From Dendrobates tinctorius (Eukaryota), in the NCBI RefSeq assembly GCF_039654945.1, contig NW_027361700.1, positions 12,834,001 to 12,898,000 of the forward strand: DNA of 64,000 nucleotides, read 5' to 3'. Below, piece by piece: positions 13,269 through 24,003 of this stretch. The stretch's first letter is position 1; every line of letters starts with the position of its first letter. The notes below the pieces were generated by a model that was not told where the DNA came from, ran no database searches, and saw nothing but the letters and a program-made list of their open reading frames with translations. Made by a program: the position numbers and the translations under genes.

Positions 13269-14850
13269 AGGACTTCAGAACAGGACTCGGATAGCACAGG
13301 TCCAGGAATGTTGGCACTACAGCACCGGGCATAGGCTGGTCAGATCCAGGACTCACTGGTGGAACCGTCACCGGGGAACAGATCTGGAGACTCCTGGAAA
13401 CCATGGAGGAGGATTCCATCCAGGAAGAAGAACGGGACCGGCTTAAGAGCACAACTTGGACCACCAGAACCACGGACTGGATATCTGAACACAGGCTGGA
13501 CATCAGAACACGGACAGACATCCGGACTCAGGCAGGACATCTGGAACATGGACTGGACATCGGGAACAGGTCATGGACACCAGGCGGACATCAGGACATC
13601 TGGTATTGAGGTGGACATCGGGTGGACAACAGGGCATCAGGACACCAGGTTGACATCAGGTGGACATCAGGACTCCAGGTGAACATCAGGACACCAGGGA
13701 GACATCAGGACATCAGATATAGAACATCTGGAAGAGGTCATCAGACACCGGACATCAGGCCGTGGTCATAAGGCTTCGGACAAGAGGCCACGGTCATCAG
13801 GCAGCGACCTACAAAGGAACCCAAGCGGTCTGGTGCAAACCCTGCTGGGTTGGAGTGGAATTGGCAGGGAATTGCACCGAAAAACCAGCTGAGCACAGCG
13901 TAGCAGAATCTCAGCGGATACCCCGGACTCCTACTTCCAAGATGAACCCAGGATAAATCACAGCAAGTCAGGTAGCAAAGAGTCACAGTCACTGGGCACA
14001 GGGTTCAAGACACGAGGGACCTCAGGAACATCACACTGAGGACACAATTCAGACAGGTAAAGGAGCAGATCCAGGATTCAGGAAACAAGACACAACATGG
14101 ACGGGCCTGGATATGCAGCCTCCAGGAATGGCCATCTGGGTATTTCTGCCCCCAGAGCAGGCGGAGAAACAAGACGCAATTCAGACAGGGTCAGGAACAG
14201 ATCCAGGATCAAGGGTTTAGGAAACAAGACACAACATGGACGGGCCTGGATATGCAGCCTCCAGGAAGGGTGATCTGGGTATTATGCACCCAGAGCAGGC
14301 CAAGATACAAGACACAGTTCACACAGGAACAAAGAGCAACAGATCCCCCAGAACTGATCAGAATCAGATCAGGAGCTGAACACACGAACTCAATGTGAAG
14401 CTCTGGCAATGCCCCAAAGGGAGGGAACTTTATATAGGAGCTGCCTAGGCTAGAGCAGCAATCGTAGCACACACCCATTCCTCATAAAAGCAGGGAAAGT
14501 GTGGCCGCGCGCACCCTAAGCAAAGTCAGACAGAAATCAGCAATGCAAAGGACACCTGGCGTGAGCTGCAAGCCTGAACACCCATGGTAAGCCATACACA
14601 GTGCAGAGGACTCATTAACCCACGGGTAGCTTTCCAAAGCGCAGCCAGAGACCGCACCAGCGGGTGGTCATGCAGAGCAGCGGAGCCACACACGCATGTA
14701 CAGCTATGTAGCGGGACTGAAAACTGAGCAGCATCCAAACAGGTAACTGACAACAGCAATCCAGCTCATTAGAGGGAAGGAAGCGAAGGGTTAAAGCAGA
14801 GAAATGCAGAGTAACGCTGTGAAACAAGGTCCAAACACAGCGTCGTTACA
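12629..14850 (-). mobile_element. Long solo-LTR-like insertion with internal GGACATCAG-type repeats (left part duplicated at 11744-12392)
   Basis: Minus-strand termini TGTAACG...CGTAGCA; flanks GATTC / GCTTC form a 5-bp TSD with one mismatch in the Tc1 subterminal region; no coding motifs recognised. Confidence 0.65.
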
Positions 14851-15430
14851 GCTTCCATAATTTTTTCCCTATGCTTGGTTTAAAAAAGTAACCATTACTT
14901 ACTACCACATTTTTTGTTCTTAATTTCTTTTAGTGTTTCTTAAAGCCAGAAAGTTGCCATTTGAATTGACTTTAGTTTTGTGCCATGTCTGTGATCTGCT
15001 TTTTTTTCTACAAAATTAAACAACTGAAAGAACATCCTCCAAGGCCGGTGATTCCATAATTTTTGCCAGGGGTTGTATATGTTAGGCTACTTTCACACAT
15101 CAGGTTTTCGGCGTCAGGCGCGATCCGGCGTCGTGCCGGAATGCCGGATCCGGCAAATGTTTTGTAAAACCTGATGTGCCGGATCCGGTTTTCTGCCGGA
15201 TCCGTCTTGTTCTTGACAGACAAAACCGGATCCGTCTCATCCGGTTCATCCGTTTTTCTATCCGTTTTTCGACGGATTACGCCGGATCTGGTTTTTAAAA
15301 TTGACCCTTGTGGCCTTCCGAACGGGATTGGCTACTGGAAAACTATATATAGCATGTTCCTACAGCCCTTCTTTGACAGGTTGTAGAGGAGAAAGTGCAG
15401 GTTGGAGAGAAGAGCAAGTTACTGGCGAAG

Positions 15431-15556
15431 ATGGATGTTGTCATTGGAAATATTACCACTAGAAGTTCTGTGACGGTTTCAGTAATGAGGGACAATTTTG
15501 CACTATACTTTATGTCACCTCAAGGCAGAGTACACTGGCAGGATGACAGAGTGTGA
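15431..15556 (+). pseudogene. 41-aa remnant of Harbinger transposase (apparent start joined to the C-terminal tail)
   Basis: MDVVIGNITTRSSVTVSVMRDNFALYFMSPQGRVHWQDDRV*; the RDxFAxYFxSPxGxVxWQ tail resembles Harbinger transposase C-termini; no DDE core. Confidence 0.7.
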
Positions 15557-16060
15557 AAGATTTGTGCCCTAACCAAACTTGTGTACCTTCTGGACCAACA
15601 GTATATACCTTTGCCAACCAAAGTTGGCTATCTTGTCATGGTCTTACTATTTTTAGCTTTAGGCCACAGGTGTGTACCTGGTTGTGTTTTATGCAAAGTA
15701 TTTCACCTTTTAACAAAAGTTGTGTACATTGTTAGGAAATCACCAACAATAAACACAACTTTTCAGGTGAAATACTTTGCTTCAAACACAACCAGGAACA
15801 CAACTGTGGCAAAAAGCTAAAATTTACCCACAGTTATATACCTGGTTTTGAATACCTTTTTACCTTTTAAATACCCTGTATTTAACCTTTTTTTTAAACA
15901 TATTTCGCCGCAGAAAGAAATGACAGACAACCAGTGTAAACAATAATTTAACTTTTATTTAAAATATTTTTTTTTGTGTGAACTGTTTTTAAAGTTAAAA
16001 AAACTTTTTTAATAAAGGTTTGAAACCAACCAAATGGGCATTTTTATTACAAAAAAAACA

Positions 16061-18658
16061 TTATAACTCGGTGTAGTGTGGGGTGGAAATACTGCTGGAG
16101 GGGCTGCGGGACACTTCGACAATGGGAGTGTGGAGAGAGGACTGGGATCGTGGTGGGGAAGGAACAGTTAGAGGTGATGGTGTGGAAAAAGATACAGAAT
16201 GGGTGGACATGTGGGAGGCAGAAGAGGTGGTGGGCGGTGGAGTGGAGGGTTGGGCAGGGACTGTAGGAGCAGATGATGTTGATGGAAAGTTGTATGGGGA
16301 AGGAGTTTGGTACGGGGAAGGAGTTTGGTACGGGGAAGGAGTTTGGTACGGGGCAGGTTGCTGGAAGTGGGGAGATGTCTGGTACTGGGGAGGTTGCTGG
16401 TACTGGGAAGGTTGCTGGTACTGGTGAGGTTGCTGGTTTGTAATAGGAGGGGGAGGATGGAAAGTGGCTGGAGGGGGTGCAGATGTAATAGGAGGGGGAG
16501 GATGGAAAGTGACTGGAGGGGGTGCAGATGTAATAGGAGGGGGAGGATGGAAAGTGGCTGGAGGGGGTGCAGGTGGAGGAACTACAGTGGTGGGAGGTGG
16601 AGGTTGGGAGGTAACCTGCTGTAGAGCACCGTGGCACGAATGCATTACATGCATCTGCTGGGTAGGAGATAGTGTTGCCATGTGCTCCACAACAGACCTG
16701 AAAAAGGTGTGGTTTGGCGAAGATCTTGCTTCTGAATGCATGGTTTGCAGAAGTGTCTTCACCTCCAGAATGCTGGAGTTGATCTGCTGAAAGCCTGCGG
16801 AGATTTGCTCTGACAAGACTTTTAGACAGTTCTGGAAAGATGCATTCAGATGCAAGAACTCTGGCGCATAACTCTTTTCCTGACCCCTCTGCCGCTGCCG
16901 CCCAGTACCCGCAGGTGTACTAGAGGTGGCAGGGGCAGAAGGGTGGGGTAAAGGGAAAGCGATCTCCTCACCAGCAGCTTCATGTAATGTAGGCGGCCAC
17001 GATGCTCCTGTGCTGGTGGATGGGACAGATGGGTCGAATGTGTGGGAAGGCTGGGAAGGTGCAGATGTACCGGGGCGGTCGAAGTGTCCCTCGGTGCCGG
17101 TCTCCTCAGGGATCACCTCAGAAGGGTCCAATCGTGCAGGCTCCCGAGTGCTGCTCACCGTGCTGTGGAATAAAGAGAAAAAAAAACAATTAAAATACTG
17201 ACATGGTATGGCCCTGGCTGAAAAAAAAAAGTTACATCTAACATTTTTTTTCACATGTGGTGTGTAATATTTACCTTCTAGTGACCATTGTTTCCCGGAG
17301 GAACGACAGGGCTTGTGCGTACTTGTACTTGCTCCTGCGTCCTCCAGATCCACTCGGGGCCCGCATCTCTTTATTGAACTCCTTCTTGAAACGATCCCTC
17401 ACAGACCGCCACCGATTCACAATTCTGTTCCCTGAAACGAGAAAGGAGTGGTTAGTATACAACATCAGTGTTTCACAAACTCCAGTCCTCATGGTCCCCA
17501 GGGGTCATGTTTTCAGGATTTCCATAGTAAATAGAAATCCTGAACACATGATCCGTGGGGACCACGAGGACTGGAGTTCGGGAAACACTGGTTTACATCA
17601 AGCAACCGGTACTGTATATACTTACGCTCTTTAATCTGGGCCCGAACATCGAGGTCCTCCCAGCGGCCCACAAGGAGCGAACAGATTTCCTCCCAGAGTC
17701 GTCGGGTAACGATAAGGTCAGCGTGGCGGCGGTCAGCCATATTCCAGAGCGGCTCCCTTTCTCTGACGAGATCGATGAGGTGGTCCACATCGAGTCCTCC
17801 ATCCTCACCGTCAGAGTCGGGAGCACGCTGTGAAGGCTGTTAAAGAAAAAGACAAAAATAACATAATTAGCCTCCACAAAAGAAATGAAATAAAAAGTGC
17901 AAAAAAACAAAGCAAAAATATTTATACTTACACGCTGGTGACCGCCGCGTTGCTGTCGCCGACGACCCTGGGAGGCACTGCGAGGACCTCTTGGCCGAGC
18001 ACCAGATTGGGAAGACTAGAGAAGAAAACAAAAAATGTTATGTCTTTGGATGTAGGCATTTGTTTGCTGTGTGTGGTCTGCAGAACATTGTTTTCTATGT
18101 GTTGTGTGTAGTGTGATGTTGTGTTTCTGCGTTTGATGCAAAAAACTTACCAATTGTGAGCCCACTCCAGGTGTCTGTCCACCCCTTCCTTCTTCTTCTG
18201 GGAGCTCCTCTTCATCTTGTGAATCCTGTTTTGAAATAAAAGGCAATGAATAGACATATATTACAGAGATGATGGATTTTGGAAATAAAAACTTACCGTC
18301 AAACGCTGACGATGCGAGGGAGGGCTCCCAGAAGATGATGTGCTGTCTTCCTGGTGGCCACACTCCATGCCTGTGGGTGGTGTTCCAGCTGCTGCCATTG
18401 CTGCTGCTGCTGCTGCTGCTGCATCTATTGGGCGGCTGTTGAATAAAGAGAAACAAAGGGCCAATGAATATCTTGATATTCAATAGCCCTAGTTTGGAGG
18501 AATGGGGGATTTGATAATTACCGTCTCTCATCTGCTGCTGGCCTCCCCTCCTCAGCATGTTCCATTTGCTGCTCCATTTGGGGTGGTGGTGGTGCTGATG
18601 GTGCTGCAGTGGTCTCCTGCCTTCTCCTGCTGCGCTTGGTTGCTTTCTTGGGTGGCAT
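16061..18658 (-). CDS. Harbinger-encoded MADF (Myb/SANT-like) protein with BESS-like motif and Pro-rich tail; 7 exons, 634 aa predicted
   Basis: Exons 18658-18522, 18435-18297, 18225-18151, 18015-17932, 17836-17626, 17431-17275, 17162-16061. All introns GT-AG with compatible phases; 1905 nt with no internal stop. MADF-like LIDLVREREPLW...RRLWEEIC...RWRSVRDRFKKE; BESS-like FFRSVVEHMATLSPTQQMHV. Confidence 0.8.
17466..17590. mobile_element. Small palindromic MITE in intron 5 of the MADF gene
   Basis: Inverted ends CAGTGTTTCACAAACTCCAGTCCTC / GAGGACTGGAGTTCGGGAAACACTG; TSD not clear. Confidence 0.7.
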
Positions 18659-19479
18659 GTTGGGTGTGGCTGTGGGTCCCACTGTCTTGCTTTTATATAT
18701 GTCTTGTGGGCAGAGCTACTGAGCATGCTCAGACCAAAAAAACCGGATCCGGCTTTCGCCGGATCAGGCGCATTGCGGCGCTCATAGGCTTTCATTGTGT
18801 GAAAAAGACGGACGCGCCGGATCCGGCGTGTCCGGCTTTTTCGCCGGAGACAAAAAACGTTACAGTAGCCGTTTTTTCCAGACGCCGGATCGCGACACAT
18901 TGCCGGATCCGGCGAAAACCGGATGAAACGCATGGCCATCCGGCGCGATCCGGCGCAAATGCAAGTCAATGGGGGGGAAACCGGATCCGGCATTGCATTT
19001 CGCCGGATCCGGTTTCTGTCAAAAGCGCCGGATCGCGCCTGACGGCGAAATCCTGATGTGTGAAAGAGGCCTAAGTGGCTTATATGCACTATCTCAGAGC
19101 TAAAGTAAGCCTCTCTAGTTTAATATCTACTCAGGGACGGTTTTAGGCAAAGTGGGGCCCCAAATGCTAACATATTGCACATCACACAGAAGCATTTCTG
19201 TTGTATTTACATGCGCTGAGTTCAGGCCGCGAAACGATTGTGATCGACAATATTGAAATCGTTTGACGCTTATTTCCCGGCCTCGTTACACCAACTGAGG
19301 GAGAATGATGGGAACAGAACAATTACTGATAGATCAATCTGTCCCCATACAGTATCATGTCATCAGTAGCACATCTACAGTTTACACCGGGCGATGTGCT
19401 GCGAGAAAAAATATTTTTGTTCCGGCATGAACAATCCAATCACTCGATGAATATGTAGCATTTTGCTTGTTTAGTATAC

Positions 19480-20735
19480 TACACCCATAGTCCTCCATAT
19501 ATTATAATGTGCCCCATAGTCCTCCATATAGTATAATACACTCCCCATAGTCCTCCATACAATATAATGTAACCCCCCATAGAGTATATTGCAGCCCCTC
19601 CATAGAATATATGGTAGCCCCCTCATAGAGTATAATGCAGCCCCAACAGAATATAATGCAGCCACTTCATAGAATATAATGTAGCCCCTCCATAGAATAC
19701 AATGTAGCCCTCCTCATAGAGTATAATTCAGCCCCCATAGAATGTAATGAAGCCCCCCATACAATATAATCTAGCTCCCATAGAATATAATGTACCCCCC
19801 ATAGAATATAATACAGCCCACCCATAGAATGTAATACAGCCTCCCCCATAGGATATAATATACCCCCATAGTATATAACATAGCCTCCCCATAGAATAAA
19901 ATGTCCCCCCATAGTATATAACACAGTCTCCTCCATAGAATATAATGTGCCACCCATTGTATATAACACAGCCTCCTCCATAGCATATAATGTGCCACCC
20001 ATAGTATATAACAGCCTCCTCCATAGAATATAATGTGCCCCCATAGTATATAACACAGCCTCCTCCATAGAATATAATGTGCCACCCACAGTATATAACA
20101 CAGTCTCCCCCACAGAATATAATGTACCCCCATAGTATATAACACAACCTCCTCCATAGAATATAATGTGCCCCCACATAGTATATAACACAGCCTCCGC
20201 CATAGAATATAATGTGCCCCCACATAGTATATAACAAAGTCTCCTCCATAGAATATAATGTAATAATAATAATAATCTTTATTTTTATATAGCGCTAACA
20301 TATTCCGGAGCGCTTTACAGTTTGCACACATTATCCCCCTAGTATATAACACAGCCTCCTCCATAGAATATAATGTACCCCCCATAGTATACAACAGCTT
20401 CCTCCACAGAATATAATATGCCCCCCATAGTATATAACACAGCCTCATCCCTAGAATATAATGTGCCCCCTCATAGTATATAACACAGCCTCCTCCATAG
20501 AATATAATGTGCCCCCCATAGTATATAACACAGCCTCCTCCATAGAATATAATGTGCCCACATAGTATATAACACAGCCTCCTCCACAGAATATAATGTA
20601 CCCCCATAGTATATTACAGCCTCCTCCATAGAATATAATGTACCCCCCATATTATATAACACAGCCTCCTCCATAGAATATAATGTACCCCCATAGGATA
20701 TAGCACAGCCTCCTCCATAGAATATAATGTAGCGC
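19480..20735. repeat. Minisatellite, ~23-bp subunit / ~46-bp dimer (CCTCCTCCATAGAATATAATGTGCCCCCCATAGTATATAACACAG)
   Basis: Directly visible tandem array. Confidence 0.92.
20261..20335 (-). mobile_element. Short 3' end of an L2-type LINE/SINE with (TTA)n tail inserted in the minisatellite
   Basis: Minus strand TGTAAAGCGCTCCGGAATATGTTAGCGCTATATAAAAATAAAGATTATTATTA. Confidence 0.65.
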
Positions 20736-21336
20736 CCCCCAATAGCACCACAGTCCAGTACTCACGGCTATATTTAAAAAAAAAAAAAACAATCCTCACT
20801 TTTCCTTGTGCCCCGCACTGCTCCAGGCTCCGGTCTCAGCGGCTGCACTGCCCGTGCCTGGCACATAGTGGGTGCGCGATAATATGATGTTATCGTGCAC
20901 CCGCAGTGTCAGAGGCAGAGGGGAATGATGGGAGAGGAAACGTCATCTGACGCGCTTTCCTCCATTATTGCTTTGAACTGTATACGGTATAGTTCAATGC
21001 GGCGGCGGGGGAAGTCAGTGCTGGTGGCAGGCGGGCCCCCCTTCCTCACGGTCCCCATAGCGGTTGCATGATGTGATGCTAGCTGGGGACCCCAGGGGGA
21101 GCGGGGGCCCTAGGCAGCTGCCTGGTCTGCTTGCCTCTAACGCCGGCCCTGTATGTACTGTATTTTTCAGACTATAAGATGCACCAGATCTTAAGACGCA
21201 CCTAAGTTATAGAGGAGGAAAAAAATTGAAGCAAAAAATGTTGACATGATGCACTGTTATGGGGAGGACCTGCTTCTTACACTGTTATAGGGGTAATGTC
21301 TCCCAATTCTGTAGTAATATCCCCCATCCTGGTATA

Positions 21337-22556
21337 CACTCACTGGCCACTTTATTAGGTACACCATGCTAGTAACGGGTTGGACCCCCTTTTGCCTTCA
21401 GAACTGCCTCAATTCTTCGTGGCAGAGATTCAACAAGGTGCTGGAAGCATTTCTCAGAGATTTTGGACCATATTGACATGATGGCATCACACAGTTGGCG
21501 CAGATTTGTCGGCTGCACATCCCTGATGCGAATCTCCCGTTCCACCACATCCAAAGATGCTCTATTGGATTGAGATCTGGTGACTGAGGAGGCCATTTGA
21601 GTACAGTGAACTCATTGTCATGTTCAAGAATCCAATCTGAGATGATTCGAGCTTTATGACATGGCGCATTATCCTGCTGAAAGTAGCCATCAGATGTTGG
21701 GTACATTGTGGTCATAAAGGGATGGACATGGTCAGCAACAATACTCAGGTAGGCTGTGGCGTTGCAACGATGCTCAATTGGTACCAAGGGGCCCAAAGAG
21801 TGCCAAGAAAAAATTCCCCACACCATGACACCACCACCACCAGCCTGAACCGTTGATACAAGGCAGGATGGATCCATGCTTTCATGTTGTTTACGCCAAA
21901 TTCTGACCCTACCATCCGAATGTCGCAGGAGAAATCGAGACTCATCAGACCAGGCAACGTTTTTCCAATCTTCTACTGTCCAATTTCGATGAGCTTGTGC
22001 AAATTGTAGCCTCAGTTTCCTGTTCTTAGCTGAGAGGAGTGGTACCCGGTGTGGTCTTCTGCTGCTGTAGCCCATCTGCCTCAAAGTTCGACGCACTGTG
22101 CGTTCAGAGATGCTGTTCTGCCTACCTTGGTTGTAACGGGTGGCAATTTGAGTCACTGTTGCCTTTCTATCAGCTCGAACCAGTCTGCCCATTCTCCTCT
22201 GACCTCTGGCATCAACAAGGCATTTCCGGCCACAGAACTGCCGCTCACTGGATTTTTTTTCTTTTTCGGACCATTCTCTGTAAACCCTAGAGATGGTTGT
22301 GCGTGAAAATCCCAGTAGATCAGCAGTTTCTGAAATACTCAGACCAGACCTTCTGGCACCAACAATCATGCCACGTTCAAAGGCACTCAAATCACCTTTC
22401 TTCCCCATACTGATGCTCGGTTTGAACTGCAGGAGATTGTCTTGACCATGTCTACATGCCTAAATGCACTGAGTTGCCGCCATGTGATTGGCTGATTAGA
22501 AATTAAGTCTTAACACACAGTTGGACAGGTGTACCTAATAAAGTGGCCAGTGAGTG
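21337..22556 (-). mobile_element. Full-length Tc1-like transposon with short TIRs
   Basis: Perfect TIRs CACTCACTGGCCACTTTATTAGGTACACC / GGTGTACCTAATAAAGTGGCCAGTGAGTG; TA TSD. Confidence 0.96.
21369..22408 (-). pseudogene. Tc1 DD34E transposase with a single 1-bp frameshift near 21551
   Basis: HTH N-terminus, WSDESRF, FQQDNAPCH, DLNPIEHLW; true C-terminus (DVVEREIR...AKGGPTRY) lies in another frame; the neighbouring copy has the extra C. Confidence 0.9.
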
Positions 22557-22585
22557 TATATGCCCCCCCATCCTGAGATATATAT

Positions 22586-22647
<62 letters not shown>

Positions 22648-22650
<3 letters not shown>

Positions 22651-23525
22651 TCACTGGCCACTTTATTAGGTACACCATGCTAGTAACGGGTTGGACCCCC
22701 TTTTGCCTTCAGAACTGCCTCAATTCTTCGTGGCAGAGATTCAACAAGGTGCTGGAAGCATTCCTCAGAGATTTTGGACCATATTGACATGATGGCATCA
22801 CACAGTTGGCGCAGATTTGTCGGCTGCACATCCCTGATGCGAATCTCCCGTTCCACCACATCCCAAAGATGCTCTATTGGATTGAGATCTGGTGACTGAG
22901 GAGGCCATTTGAGTACAGTGAACTCATTGTCATGTTCAAGAAACCAATCTGAGATGATTCGAGCTTTATGACATGGCGCATTATCCTGCTGAAAGTAGCC
23001 ATCAGATGCCTGTTCTTAGCTGAGAGGAGTGGTACCCAGTGTGGTCTTCTGCTGCTGTAGCCCATCTGCCTCAAAGTTCGACGCACTGTGCGTTCAGAGA
23101 TGCTCTTCTGCCTACCTTGGTTGTAACGGGTGGCAATTTGAGTCACTGTTGCCTTTCTATCAGCTCGAACCAGTATGCCCATTCTCCTCTGACCTCTGGC
23201 ATCAACAAGGCATTTCCGGCCACAGAACTGCCGCTCACTGGATTTTTTTTCTTTTTCGGACCATTCTCTGTAAACCCTAGAGATGGTTGTGCGTGAAAAT
23301 CCCAGTAGATCAGCAGTTTCTGAAATACTCAGACCAGCCCTTCTGGCACCAACAATCATGCCACGGTCAAAGGCACTCAAATCACCTTTCTTCCCCATAC
23401 TGATGCTCGGTTTGAACTGCAGGAGATTGTCTTGACCATGTCTACATGCCTAAATGCACTGAGTTGCCGCCATGTGATTGGCTGATTAGAAATTAAGTCT
23501 TAACACACAGTTGGACAGGTGTACC
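22648..23525 (-). mobile_element. Second Tc1 copy of the same family, ~320-bp internal deletion, runs into a gap
   Basis: Near-identical to 21337-22556; deletion junction CAGATG|CCTGTTC near 23008; inserted at the end of a (TA)n tract. Confidence 0.92.
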
Positions 23526-23761
23526 NNNNNNNNNNNNNNNNNNNNNNNNNNNNNNNNNNNNNNNNNNNNNNNNNNNNNNNNNNNNNNNNNNNNNNNNNNN
23601 NNNNNNNNNNNNNNNNNNNNNNNNNNNNNNNNNNNNNNNNNNNNNNNNNNNNNNNNNNNNNNNNNNNNNNNNNNCACTCCTGTGAACCACCTGGAACCTC
23701 AGCTGACCTGGTTAACTCCGTTGTGCCCGGATCTGGATGTAGGAGTCCATCCATACAAATG

Positions 23762-24003
23762 TGAACAACGACAAAGCAAAGTCCAGCAATAACGTGAGCA
23801 ATCCAGGATGCTGTTAAAAATTTTAGAAGGCGGGTTCTACCGCTGAAACGCGTAGTCCTATCTGTACGACTTCCCTGCGTTATTGCTGTTTTGAACTGCT
23901 TGGACCATTGTATTTTAATGGATTTATGAATAAAAAGAAAAAAAATTTTAACAGCATCCTGGATTGCTCACGTTATTGCTGGACTTTGCTTTGTCGTTGT
24001 TCA
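23762..24003 (+). mobile_element. Penelope-like fragment: ~60-bp inverted repeats around a truncated hammerhead-like motif and AATAAA
   Basis: IR 23762-23824 / 23941-24003; AGAAG-GCGG-gttcta-CCGC-TGAAACGCGTAG at 23825-23855. Confidence 0.55.

Larger units (their letters stand above)
5237..15075 (-). mobile_element. Tc1/mariner (IR/DR type) transposon disrupted by multiple nested insertions
   Basis: ~220-bp TIRs (CAACCCCTGGCAAAAATTATGGAATC... / ...GATTCCATAATTTTTGCCAGGGGTTG) with TA TSDs. Minus-strand transposase pieces: MVPTREMSIETKERIIKLLKE (11553-11613), VIFSDESRIC (~10340), FQDDNASCH...DLNPIENLW (~5900-6020). Confidence 0.92.
15085..19071. mobile_element. PIF/Harbinger DNA transposon with deleted transposase and retained DNA-binding-protein gene
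   Basis: TIRs GGCTACTTTCACACATCAGG / CCTGATGTGTGAAAGAGGCC; TTA/TAA flanks; subterminal CCGGATCCGG arrays; two convergent ORFs. Confidence 0.92.
19132..21151. mobile_element. Non-autonomous hAT-type element carrying a minisatellite
   Basis: Termini CAGGGACGGTTTTAG / CTAACGCCGGCCCTG; 8-bp TSD TATCTACT / TATGTACT (one mismatch). Confidence 0.82.

Noticed and set aside
18016-19089. 357-aa minus-strand ORF
   Set aside because: Runs through the Harbinger TIR region and introns; only 18225-18151 is in the frame of the spliced MADF gene
19471-20799. Several long Tyr/Gly-rich ORFs
   Set aside because: Translations of the minisatellite inside a non-autonomous element
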